Shown piece after piece: positions 27,359 through 36,196 of a DNA stretch of 38,690 nucleotides (the stretch's first letter is position 1; each line of letters begins with the position of its first letter). A program made the translations under genes and the position numbers. This DNA is from a virus: UHGV virus genome UHGV-0117250; one strand, 5' to 3'. Below the pieces are notes generated by a model. That model made no database searches, was not told the DNA's origin, and was given only the letters and a program-made list of their open reading frames with translations.

Positions 27359-29833
27359 ATGAGACAGGAATGTATACAAGCGGTCCATCAGGCGGCGCAG
27401 CGCACGTTAACGGCGCGAGAAATACAGAACATTGAAGACCGCATTTATCGAAATATGCGCTCCATTGCTCGTGATGACCCGATGTCGTGGAGACAACTTT
27501 CCGAATCAGAGCGGCTATATCGTGCAGCACAATTGGCATCTGAAGAATTACAGCGAGAAGCGGCATTAAAGAAACGTCGTGTGGCCCTCACTATAGCCGC
27601 ACGTCAGAGATTGGATAAATTTATCAATAGCTATCAAGGGGCTGATGGGAAACTTGGCGCTCTTAACCGTACTATTGCTTTTAATGCAGACGGTAAATCG
27701 AATTTCCTCTCTGTTGAGTCCAGAACAAAAGCCACTCGTGATTATGCATTGAGTCAATTGCAAGAGGCATTTGAAGCAGTTGATCCTCGCTTTTTTGGCC
27801 TGTTTGAAGATGAAGCTGGCGTGCGTGACTTGGTATATGAAATGCGAGGGCAAAATACTGGCAATGCTAAAGCAAGAAAAGGTGCTAAGGCGTGGAGAGA
27901 AGTGACAGATCTACTGCGCCGCCGGTTTAATGATGCTGGTGGGGACATTGGCTATCTCGAAAACTGGGGGATCCCTCAACATCATTCTATGGAAAAGGTT
28001 GGGGCGGTATCAAAGGATAAGTGGGTTAGCGATGTTATAGGTAAGCTGGATCGCAAATATTATATCCGAGCCGATGGACAACTGATGAACGATGCCGAGT
28101 TGTCTGCATTTCTTGGAGAGGCTTATAACACGATCGCTACTGGTGGGCTGAATAAGCTTACTGATACCGGAATGCGAATTTCCGGCGCACGTGCTAACCG
28201 TGGTAATGCATCACGACAGATACATTTCAAAGATGCAGATTCCTATCTGCAATATCAGCAACTTTATGGCGATCGCTCTCTATGGGAAATCATGGTCGGT
28301 CACCTGGAAGGTATCAGTAAAGATATTGCACTGGTGGAAACATATGGCCCAAACCCTGATCATGTTTTCCGCTCTCTTCTTGATCAGGTGAAGGCAGAAA
28401 CGGCAACAGCTAACCCGAGTAAAACCGGTAAAGTCGAGCGGCTGGCGAACAACACAGAGAATCTGTACAACTTTATTTCCGGAAAGACACAGCCTGTAGC
28501 GAATCCGCACATCGCGCGATGGTCTGACAATATCCGCAACTGGCTGGTTGCCAGCAGACTCGGATCCGCGTTGCTGTCATCGTTCTCTGATCTTGGAACC
28601 ATGTATCTGTCTGCGAAGGTTACTAACCTTCCAATGAACCAGTTATTCCGCAACCAGCTTGAAGCTATGGACCCAACGAACCGTACAGAACTTGCGCGGG
28701 CGCGCCGCGCTGGTCTGGCAATGGAATCTCTACTTGGCAGCGTTAACCGCTGGGCGATGGATAATATGGGGCCGTCAGTGTCTCGTTGGGCAGCAACGGC
28801 GGTAATGCGTGCCAGTGGGCTTACAGCATGGTCAGATGCGCACAAGCGCGCCTATGGCGTAACCATGATGGGAAGCCTGGGAGAAGTAGTGTCACGGACA
28901 CCAGACCTTCGTAGCCTCGATGACTCTGATTTTCGCATCCTGAAAAGCAAAGGGATTACTGACACAGACTGGAGCGTATGGAATCTGGCGCAACAGGAGG
29001 ACTGGGGGAACGGTAATAATACGATGCTGACACCGGAAAGCATTATGCGTATCCCTGATTCAGCAGTTAAACATCTTGGTGAGCCTGAACGCGTGAAATT
29101 TGAGGCAATGCGTAAACTGCTCGGTGCCGTAACTGAAGAAGTTGATATGGCTGTTATTACACCGGGAGCACGTGAGCAACTGATAACCGGTTCTGGTATT
29201 CAGCGTGGAACATGGAAAGGTGAATTAACGAGAAGTGTTTTCCTGTTTAAATCGTTCCCTATCTCGGTTGTTATGCGTCACTGGTCACGCGCTATGGGTA
29301 TGCCATCTGCTGGTGGGCGTGCGGCATATATTGCGACGTTTATTGCCAGTACGACCATTCTTGGCGCTTTGTCGCAGCAACTTAACGACCTTGCGTCTGG
29401 TCGTAATCCTCGCGAGATGACAGGAGAAGATGCTGCTAAATTTTGGCTTGGTGCTCTACTGAAAGGTGGTGGTCTTGGCCTTTACGGTGACTTTTTATTG
29501 TCAGATCACACTAGGTACGGAAGCGGCGCGCTGGCGTCGATGCTTGGTCCGGTGGCAGGCCTTGTTGATGATATCGTTAAGATAGCTCAGGGCATACCGT
29601 TAAATGCTGTGGAAGGGAAGAATGAGCAGACTGGTGGTGATATGGTTAAGCTGGGGAAGGGGCTGATGCCAGGTGCGAATCTCTGGTACTTGAAGGCGGC
29701 TCTCGATCATATGATATTTAACCAGATGCAGGAGTATTTTTCACCAGGTTATTTGCGTAAAATGGAGCAACGTTCGAAGAAAGAGTTTAACCAGACATAC
29801 TGGTGGCGACCGCAGGATGTCACTCCGCAATAA
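27359..29833 (+). CDS. large internal virion/ejection protein (gp16-like)
   Basis: 824 aa; last and largest of the internal-protein series before the tailspike. Confidence 0.55.
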   Translation: MRQECIQAVHQAAQRTLTAREIQNIEDRIYRNMRSIARDDPMSWRQLSESERLYRAAQLASEELQREAALKKRRVALTIAARQRLDKFINSYQGADGKLGALNRTIAFNADGKSNFLSVESRTKATRDYALSQLQEAFEAVDPRFFGLFEDEAGVRDLVYEMRGQNTGNAKARKGAKAWREVTDLLRRRFNDAGGDIGYLENWGIPQHHSMEKVGAVSKDKWVSDVIGKLDRKYYIRADGQLMNDAELSAFLGEAYNTIATGGLNKLTDTGMRISGARANRGNASRQIHFKDADSYLQYQQLYGDRSLWEIMVGHLEGISKDIALVETYGPNPDHVFRSLLDQVKAETATANPSKTGKVERLANNTENLYNFISGKTQPVANPHIARWSDNIRNWLVASRLGSALLSSFSDLGTMYLSAKVTNLPMNQLFRNQLEAMDPTNRTELARARRAGLAMESLLGSVNRWAMDNMGPSVSRWAATAVMRASGLTAWSDAHKRAYGVTMMGSLGEVVSRTPDLRSLDDSDFRILKSKGITDTDWSVWNLAQQEDWGNGNNTMLTPESIMRIPDSAVKHLGEPERVKFEAMRKLLGAVTEEVDMAVITPGAREQLITGSGIQRGTWKGELTRSVFLFKSFPISVVMRHWSRAMGMPSAGGRAAYIATFIASTTILGALSQQLNDLASGRNPREMTGEDAAKFWLGALLKGGGLGLYGDFLLSDHTRYGSGALASMLGPVAGLVDDIVKIAQGIPLNAVEGKNEQTGGDMVKLGKGLMPGANLWYLKAALDHMIFNQMQEYFSPGYLRKMEQRSKKEFNQTYWWRPQDVTPQ

Positions 29834-29842
29834 GGATGAGAA

Positions 29843-29983
29843 ATGATTGCTTTTATTCTTGTTGTGTTTGCGCTTATTGCACTTGGCGTTATGAACCGTA
29901 AATGTATCATTGGTGATGGTGAATTTGCTGTTGCAGTTATTTTGATATTATCTGGTGTAGCAGGGTACATAGGCTTGTCATAA
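29843..29983 (+). CDS. small hydrophobic protein (46 aa, two predicted TM segments)
   Basis: Not in the ORF track; AAGGA SD 6 nt before ATG 29843; MIAFILVVFALIALGVM...AVAVILILSGVAGYIGLS; followed by a palindrome and terminator. Confidence 0.35.
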   Translation: MIAFILVVFALIALGVMNRKCIIGDGEFAVAVILILSGVAGYIGLS

Positions 29984-30002
29984 CGTGAGCGTGACATGTC
30001 AC

Positions 30003-30028
30003 AGGCCGCTCTAGCGGCCTTTTCTTTA
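30003..30028. terminator. bidirectional intrinsic terminator between convergent genes
   Basis: AGGCCGC-TCTA-GCGGCCT followed by TTTCTTT on the plus strand; the stop of the minus-strand gene lies in the T-run. Confidence 0.55.
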
Positions 30029-30283
30029 TGTGGTTTGTTTTCGTAATTGTTCGGCACAATAGTCGAGATGTGTTTGCAGATCCCGCATAGACATCTGTGA
30101 GCTGGTGACGTAGTTAATCAGTGCAGTCAGTTCGGCAAGTGGGCCATCGACATTAAATCCATCCTTATCGAGCTCCCGGAGTAATTTCATCAAGTGCGAT
30201 CCCTCCACCAGTGATCTGACGCCTCCCGGCGTGTGAATCCTTTCGGTAAATCCGTCTTCCAGTGGATAGTGATACTGCTGCAT
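30026..30283 (-). CDS. LexA-regulated small protein (candidate antirepressor)
   Basis: 85 aa from ATG 30283 with GGAG SD (track start 30301 is TTG); a near-consensus LexA box lies about 20 bp upstream. Confidence 0.5.
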   Translation of the reverse strand: MQQYHYPLEDGFTERIHTPGGVRSLVEGSHLMKLLRELDKDGFNVDGPLAELTALINYVTSSQMSMRDLQTHLDYCAEQLRKQTT

Positions 30284-30301
30284 CTTATCTTCTCCATGCA
30301 A

Positions 30302-30323
30302 TAACTGTATAAATATACAGTAT
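30302..30323. promoter_or_regulatory. LexA (SOS) box
   Basis: AACTGTATAAATATACAGTA: CTGT-N8-ACAG with an AT-rich spacer, a near-perfect match to the E. coli LexA consensus TACTGTATATATATACAGTA. Confidence 0.7.
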
Positions 30324-30358
30324 CAAATAATTTATTTGCTATCCAGCACGTTTTGCGA

Positions 30359-30375
30359 ATCACCTGAAAGGTAAT
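30359..30375. promoter_or_regulatory. dyad-motif site between LexA-box gene and tailspike
   Basis: TCACC-TGAAA-GGTAAT; shares the 15-mer ACCTGAAAGGTAATA with the site at 13749..13765. Confidence 0.35.
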
Positions 30376-30478
30376 ATCTGTTCGTATTTATGGGTTGTCT
30401 ATCCATATATGGTTTTTCAGGTAATAGAATAACCGGATATGCGGCGCAACGGGTGCTGCGACTATCTGGAGATTTAAC

Positions 30479-32773
30479 ATGACGGTCTCAACCGAAGTTG
30501 ACCACAACGAATACACCGGTAACGGTGTTACAACGACATTCCCTTATACCTTCAGGATTTTCCAGAAATCTGATTTAGTAGTGCAGGTTGTTGACCTGAA
30601 CGAGAACATCACAGAGCTGATTCTTGATACTGATTACATAGTCACTGGTGCGGGAGGCTATAGCGGCGGTAATATAATACTGTCGAAGGCATTGGCCAAC
30701 GGTTATCAGATCTCTATATCAAGAGAGCTACCGGTTACGCAGGATACCGATCTGCGCAACCAGGGTAAGTTCTTCGCTGAGGTGCATGAAGACGCATTCG
30801 ATAAACTGACGATGCTGATACAGCAGGTTGTCAGCATGTTCCGCCTGGCGCTGCGTAAGCCGTCGAGTATCGCCAACTGGTACGATGCCCTAAACAACTA
30901 CATCAGGAATGTGCGCGACCCTCGGGACCCTCAGGACGCGGCGACCAAAAATTATGTTGATGGCGTTGCCAGCTCTAACCTTAGCCGCACTCTCAGAACT
31001 CCAGAACCAATTCCTTCGTTACCGAATGCTGCGACCAGGGCGAACAAAATTATTGCGTTCGACAGCGCAGGCAATCCATATGTAACGATGCCACCATCTG
31101 GATCGGCAACAGATGTTTTTGTTGAACTGGCAAAGCCAACCGGGCCGACGCTTATTGGTGTGCAGCCTCAGGGAAACCTTTCTCAACTGTTGATCTACGT
31201 TACTCCCGAGCAGTTTGGGGCAATCGGGGACGGTACCGCCCATCCTTTATCTGAGCGATACCTTACACTGTCCGCTGCCCAGGCCGTATACCCGTTCGTA
31301 ACATCATTAACTCAGACCATCGATTGGGCAGCTTGCCAGGCGGCTGAGAACTATGCCAGAGGGAAGTGCCAAATCAATGTTAAAAAAAATAAGATGTATC
31401 ACTTTGGGAGTACTGATTATTTAGAATTCGGACAAAAATCAGCCTGGATCGCACCGCCTCTAGGAGGTTTTGACTTTACCACTGGGTTTATTAGATCTGT
31501 CCCTAGCAATTCTTCGAGCTATCAATTCGGGCAGCTATGCATTGGCAGAGTTATGGATTCTGATGAAGCTGGTAGCTCTGACTCTGCATTTAGGGATTTG
31601 ACCATTAAGGGATTAACCTTTAAGTGGGACACCGCAAGGCATGTTGCAAGTAAAGGACTTGGCACCATTGCTTTACACCTAAATATGGCTATAAAAGCAA
31701 ATTTGGATGTGAGCATGTTTGGTGCTGAATATGCATGTTTTGGATACAGCGCGTGGGGAACGCAAGGGATTATTAGATTTGATTCTTGCCACAAGGGCGT
31801 TTACTTTGACGCCGTAAGCTTATCACCGGAAAAGGACACAGTTGGAGGCTCAACTACATCACATCATATTGAACTTCAGGCGGATCATACCCCATTCCCC
31901 ATCTATCTGAAGAACTGTAATTATGCAAAATTCCACGGTTGGTTTGAAGGAGCGCTTGCGCAGTACGGCAACTACGACAGTGTAAATGAAACAGCAATGG
32001 GCATTACGCTTGATACGTGCAGTAACGTAACATTTGATATGGGGATAGAAGCGTGGGAAGGTGCCCATATTAATTGCATCGGTAGCGTTGAAGCAGAATT
32101 TAAGCTTCATTATCTCCAAGACTCCACTGATGGTGTATTAATCAAGGGGCTTGGAACTCAAGGCGTTGCTAAGGTGATGAGAACTCTTATGGGTGCTGCC
32201 GATGAGACAGCTATTGCATCTTCAAATCGAAGCTTAATATACGTCGGTCAGTTTAGTAACATATCGGTAAAACACTATGCGCCTGTTCTTTCAAAGTATA
32301 CAGATAGCACCTTTGCACCATACGTAGTTACTGTAGACCCATCCTCGAAGATCACGTTCGAGCAATGCGGAATGCATCTTGGGGGTGCTTCAAGACTTGG
32401 CGGAGCATCAACCAACCTTAAGCTGGCTCCAGCAAACTATCAGTGCATTGAATCTATTGGTTGCATGTATATGGAAAGATACATGAAGGCCAATGAGACG
32501 TACGACTACATACGCAACGGATATAGCAGGCATAACGCATGGCAAACAAAAGTTATCAATGCTGGCGATGGCAGGGTGCAACTCGACGCCCCAACAGGAT
32601 TTAGAATCGATGACTACACTGCGCATGTCGTGGCAAGCTCGCAATCTTCAGCTGGATCAAGCGCTCCATTAGCAGTGGTATCAGCAAGCAACACAGCGGT
32701 GGTACTGCAGACGCCGATATCAGCAACCGGTGTAAGCCTGATGTACAAACTCACACTTAAAGTGATAGCGTAA
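30479..32773 (+). CDS. tailspike protein (receptor-binding, beta-helix-like)
   Basis: 764 aa; GGAG SD; conserved particle-binding N-terminus (DHNEYTGNGVTTTFPYTFRIF) followed by a divergent, lower-GC C-terminal receptor-binding part. Confidence 0.75.
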   Translation: MTVSTEVDHNEYTGNGVTTTFPYTFRIFQKSDLVVQVVDLNENITELILDTDYIVTGAGGYSGGNIILSKALANGYQISISRELPVTQDTDLRNQGKFFAEVHEDAFDKLTMLIQQVVSMFRLALRKPSSIANWYDALNNYIRNVRDPRDPQDAATKNYVDGVASSNLSRTLRTPEPIPSLPNAATRANKIIAFDSAGNPYVTMPPSGSATDVFVELAKPTGPTLIGVQPQGNLSQLLIYVTPEQFGAIGDGTAHPLSERYLTLSAAQAVYPFVTSLTQTIDWAACQAAENYARGKCQINVKKNKMYHFGSTDYLEFGQKSAWIAPPLGGFDFTTGFIRSVPSNSSSYQFGQLCIGRVMDSDEAGSSDSAFRDLTIKGLTFKWDTARHVASKGLGTIALHLNMAIKANLDVSMFGAEYACFGYSAWGTQGIIRFDSCHKGVYFDAVSLSPEKDTVGGSTTSHHIELQADHTPFPIYLKNCNYAKFHGWFEGALAQYGNYDSVNETAMGITLDTCSNVTFDMGIEAWEGAHINCIGSVEAEFKLHYLQDSTDGVLIKGLGTQGVAKVMRTLMGAADETAIASSNRSLIYVGQFSNISVKHYAPVLSKYTDSTFAPYVVTVDPSSKITFEQCGMHLGGASRLGGASTNLKLAPANYQCIESIGCMYMERYMKANETYDYIRNGYSRHNAWQTKVINAGDGRVQLDAPTGFRIDDYTAHVVASSQSSAGSSAPLAVVSASNTAVVLQTPISATGVSLMYKLTLKVIA

Positions 32774-32870
32774 TACTTGAACGATTCAAACTAACTTTTG
32801 CTTAAATGATGAAATCCACAGTCTAAATGTATAACATGCCTCGTATCGTAACTGTGTGAGGCATTGAGGC

Positions 32871-34730
32871 ATGGACTTCAGGAAGGATATCAATGGAGTC
32901 AGGGCTATAGCAGTTCTTGCTGTAGTCCTGTTCCACTTCAACAGAGGATGGGTCCCGAGTGGATTTGTTGGCGTAGATGTATTCTTTGTAATTTCTGGTT
33001 TTTTGATGACGTCAATAATATTTGGCGGATTAGAAGGAAATAAATTTTCTCTGTGGGGCTTTTATAAAGCACGAGCCAGAAGGATAGTGCCTGCGCTTGC
33101 CGTTATGCTAATTTGCGTAATGGTATACGGATGGTACAACATGTACACTCCTGAATTTAAGACATTGGCGAAGCACGCTGCGTCAAGCCTTCTATTTGTT
33201 TCAAATATCGTCTATTGGAAGGAGTCAAGCTACTTTGCTCCTGGTGCAGAAGAGAAGTGGTTACTTCATACTTGGTCTCTATCTGTAGAATGGCAATTCT
33301 ATATTATATATCCTTTAGCCATTTATATTATCAGAAAGGCTTTCAGTTTAAAGGTATCTAGGATATTAATTCTGATTGCAGGCCTATTAAGTTTAGCACT
33401 TAGCATTTATGCATCTAGGATTTTAGTTAGCTCATCATATTTCTTGCTTCCAACAAGGGCATGGGAGATGATTGCTGGCGGCGTGGTTTATCTTTTCCCG
33501 ACATCAATATTTAAACGAAAACCTTTCCCATATATCGGGATTGCTACCATATTAGTATCCTGCTTTATTTTTAGCGAGGAATCGTACTGGCCTAGCTACA
33601 ATGCGCTGCTGCCTATCATCGGCACGATGATCATATTGTGGTCGTGTTCTGATAACATTATCTTAGATTCATCTTTTGCGCAAAAGATTGGGTTGTATTC
33701 ATATTCAATTTATTTGTGGCACTGGCCGATCTATCTATATATATATAATACATATGGTGGTGTTTCTATATTAACAACGCTCATTGGAATTGTTGCGTCA
33801 GTGGCGATGGGTATGTTGTCATTTAAATATATAGAAAGTGTTTTCAAAAGTAGAGGCGGCGTTAAAAAGGAGTTTCTGTACTTTGCATCATTAGCTTTAG
33901 CTGTTGGTATATATATTTCTAATGGCGCTAACACTGATATGCGAAGTATCACAAAAACTACCGGTAATGAAACTGTGGTGCATTACGATGGATATCGGTT
34001 TGATAATAATGGGATGTGGGATAAATGTAACAGCAGTGAAAAACTGGATCATATCGATAAATCATGTGTCGATACTGATAAAAGGGGAGGTGTCTTCTTA
34101 TGGGGAGACTCTCACGCGGGAGCACTTTCTTTAGGGATAAGATCACTTCTAAAAGATGGCGTTCCATTCTATCAACTTGCTGCTTCAAGTTGTAAACCGA
34201 GTCTCCATAAATTCCCTGGAGTTATAAGTGCCACAATTGGATGTAATCTATCCAATGAAAAAGCCATTGAAGATATAAATATTGTTAAACCTGATGTTGT
34301 GGTATTAGCTCAGAGATTCCAGCATGAAGAAACAAACTGGCAAAGCATCGCTGAGAAAATACACTCACTGGGTGTTAAGAAAGTTATAGTCCTTGGTCCT
34401 GTTCCTCAGTGGAAAGGGAGCCTGCCGCTAATTGTTGCGAAAAACTACAATCCTAATGATATTTACATTGATGAACGATTTTTGGATAAACAGATTGTCG
34501 CGACAAATAACAAAATGAAGACGATATCAAAAGACAATGAAGGTTATGATTTTGTCGACATACTTGATCACTTATGCACACATGAAGGTTCAGAACTGAA
34601 GTGTAGGGCAAGGGTAGATAGTGGCTTTACGCTTATGTCTATGGATTACGGTCACCCTACTGATGAAGGGTCACTGTTCATCGGCAAACACATAATTAAA
34701 AGCCACCTCCCAACAAGCATAACCAAGTAA
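32871..34730 (+). CDS. O-antigen acetyltransferase (acyltransferase-3 membrane domain + SGNH domain)
   Basis: 619 aa; multi-TM N-terminal half typical of acyltransferase family 3 (OafA/Oac-like); C-terminal domain with GDSH-type motif (FLWGDSHAG); AT-rich; directly downstream of the tailspike. Confidence 0.75.
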   Translation: MDFRKDINGVRAIAVLAVVLFHFNRGWVPSGFVGVDVFFVISGFLMTSIIFGGLEGNKFSLWGFYKARARRIVPALAVMLICVMVYGWYNMYTPEFKTLAKHAASSLLFVSNIVYWKESSYFAPGAEEKWLLHTWSLSVEWQFYIIYPLAIYIIRKAFSLKVSRILILIAGLLSLALSIYASRILVSSSYFLLPTRAWEMIAGGVVYLFPTSIFKRKPFPYIGIATILVSCFIFSEESYWPSYNALLPIIGTMIILWSCSDNIILDSSFAQKIGLYSYSIYLWHWPIYLYIYNTYGGVSILTTLIGIVASVAMGMLSFKYIESVFKSRGGVKKEFLYFASLALAVGIYISNGANTDMRSITKTTGNETVVHYDGYRFDNNGMWDKCNSSEKLDHIDKSCVDTDKRGGVFLWGDSHAGALSLGIRSLLKDGVPFYQLAASSCKPSLHKFPGVISATIGCNLSNEKAIEDINIVKPDVVVLAQRFQHEETNWQSIAEKIHSLGVKKVIVLGPVPQWKGSLPLIVAKNYNPNDIYIDERFLDKQIVATNNKMKTISKDNEGYDFVDILDHLCTHEGSELKCRARVDSGFTLMSMDYGHPTDEGSLFIGKHIIKSHLPTSITK

Positions 34731-34732
34731 CA

Positions 34733-34758
34733 GAAGCCCACTCCGGTGGGCTTTTTAA
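34733..34758 (+). terminator. rho-independent terminator after acetyltransferase
   Basis: AGCCCAC-TCCG-GTGGGCT followed by TTTTTAAT. Confidence 0.6.
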
Positions 34759-34773
34759 TACCCGTAAGGTAAT
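34757..34773. promoter_or_regulatory. dyad-motif site upstream of lysis cassette
   Basis: ATACC-CGTAA-GGTAAT immediately after the terminator. Confidence 0.35.
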
Positions 34774-34877
34774 TTCGTTAAGAGCATTCCGATCATAATT
34801 AAACCACATATGATTTATTGTGTATGATGAACTCACCAACTAAGGGGGTTCTTTATGCACATTAAACGGTGGTCACT

Positions 34878-35282
34878 ATGTCGCACACGTTAACCACGGA
34901 ATCGCTGAATCAGGGGCTTAGCCTGAGCGCGCTAATGTCTGTGGTCGCAGGTGTGCCGCCGGAGGTGGCTTTAGGGGCGCTAGCTGGCGCGGTAATATTC
35001 GTTACCTCAGCAGTGGAGTATCCCATAAAGCGGCGGTTACTTCTGGCTTTCCTCAGCTTCTTCTGCGGCCTTCTCTTCTACAAGGCGACAGCATCCATTC
35101 TTATCGGTATTGCCAGCATGATCCCCACGATTACACAGGACTCCTTTGAAAAGGGGATTGTGTTTTCTGCGGGCGCATTCGTGTCGGCTATTGTCGCCGT
35201 GCGTATTGGTATATGGCTCTATCACCGTTCCGATAATCCACGCGAGTTAATTCCGGGGAGAAAAGACGATGGTAACGCATGA
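34878..35282 (+). CDS. holin-like membrane protein
   Basis: About 134 aa with 3-4 hydrophobic segments and a charged C-terminus; first gene of the lysis cassette. ATG 34878 (track start 34869 is GTG); a 12-codon mini-ORF with a strong SD starts at 34855 out of frame. Confidence 0.5.
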   Translation: MSHTLTTESLNQGLSLSALMSVVAGVPPEVALGALAGAVIFVTSAVEYPIKRRLLLAFLSFFCGLLFYKATASILIGIASMIPTITQDSFEKGIVFSAGAFVSAIVAVRIGIWLYHRSDNPRELIPGRKDDGNA

Positions 35283-35577
35283 GTTTTTTTTGCTTATCAC
35301 CAATGCAGTTATTTGCACTGGCATAGCAATTCGCGTTGTCACATTCCGGCGTAACGGCTCTCAACACCGAAGGTGGGGAGGATGGCTTGCTTATTTCCTG
35401 ATTGTTGCTGCGGCCAGTATTCCTGTTCGTGTCGCCTATGCAATCTGGTTACGTACGCCAATGGCTGTGGATTTATCTGAGGTCATTATCAACGCTGTCA
35501 TGCTAGCTGCGGTTATTAAAACGCGCGGTAACGTCGTTCAAATTTTCAAAGTATCGAGGTCTAAATATGGAGATTAA
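35269..35577 (+). CDS. second lysis-cassette membrane protein (holin/antiholin-like)
   Basis: 102 aa, three hydrophobic segments, overlaps both neighbours; between the holin-like gene and the endolysin. Confidence 0.45.
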   Translation: MVTHEFFLLITNAVICTGIAIRVVTFRRNGSQHRRWGGWLAYFLIVAAASIPVRVAYAIWLRTPMAVDLSEVIINAVMLAAVIKTRGNVVQIFKVSRSKYGD

Positions 35578-36196
35578 ACAATTCCAGCGAGCTGCTGGTA
35601 TTAGCGAGGCGTTGGCCTTACGCTGGTTCTCGCATATAACTTCTGCGATGAAAGAGTTTGGTATCAGCAAACCCGAAGATCAGGCAATGTTTATTGCTCA
35701 GGTCGGGCATGAGTCTGGAGGCTTCACCCGACTGCAGGAGAACTTCAACTACAGCGTGACCGGGCTGGCGGGATTCGTCCGTTCCGGGCGCCTCACTCAG
35801 GGCCAGGCCAACGCGCTGGGCCGTCGTGCTGGTGAGCCATCGTTACCGCTGGAGCGCCAGCGTGCGATCGCCAATCTGGTGTATAGCAAGCGCATGGGGA
35901 ACAACGGGCCGACTGACGGCTGGTTTTACCGTGGGCGCGGGCTTATCCAGATTACCGGTTTGAATAACTATCGTGACTGCGGAAACGGTCTAAAAGTGGA
36001 CCTGCTGGAGAATCCTGAGCTGTTGACGCAGGACGAATACGCGGCTCGTAGCGCGGCGTGGTTCTTCTCCAGCAAAGGCTGCATGAAGTATCCCGGAGAT
36101 ATTGCACGTGTAACTCTGATTATCAATGGTGGCCGGAACGGCATCGACGACCGGCGCGCGCGGTACGTTACTGCCAGTAAGGTGCTGGCCGTATGA
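35567..36196 (+). CDS. endolysin, glycoside hydrolase family 19 (chitinase-like lysozyme)
   Basis: 209 aa; resembles GH19 phage endolysins (QVGHESGGF...[13 protein letters not shown]...); followed by Rz/Rz1. Confidence 0.75.
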   Translation: MEIKQFQRAAGISEALALRWFSHITSAMKEFGISKPEDQAMFIAQVGHESGGFTRLQENFNYSVTGLAGFVRSGRLTQGQANALGRRAGEPSLPLERQRAIANLVYSKRMGNNGPTDGWFYRGRGLIQITGLNNYRDCGNGLKVDLLENPELLTQDEYAARSAAWFFSSKGCMKYPGDIARVTLIINGGRNGIDDRRARYVTASKVLAV

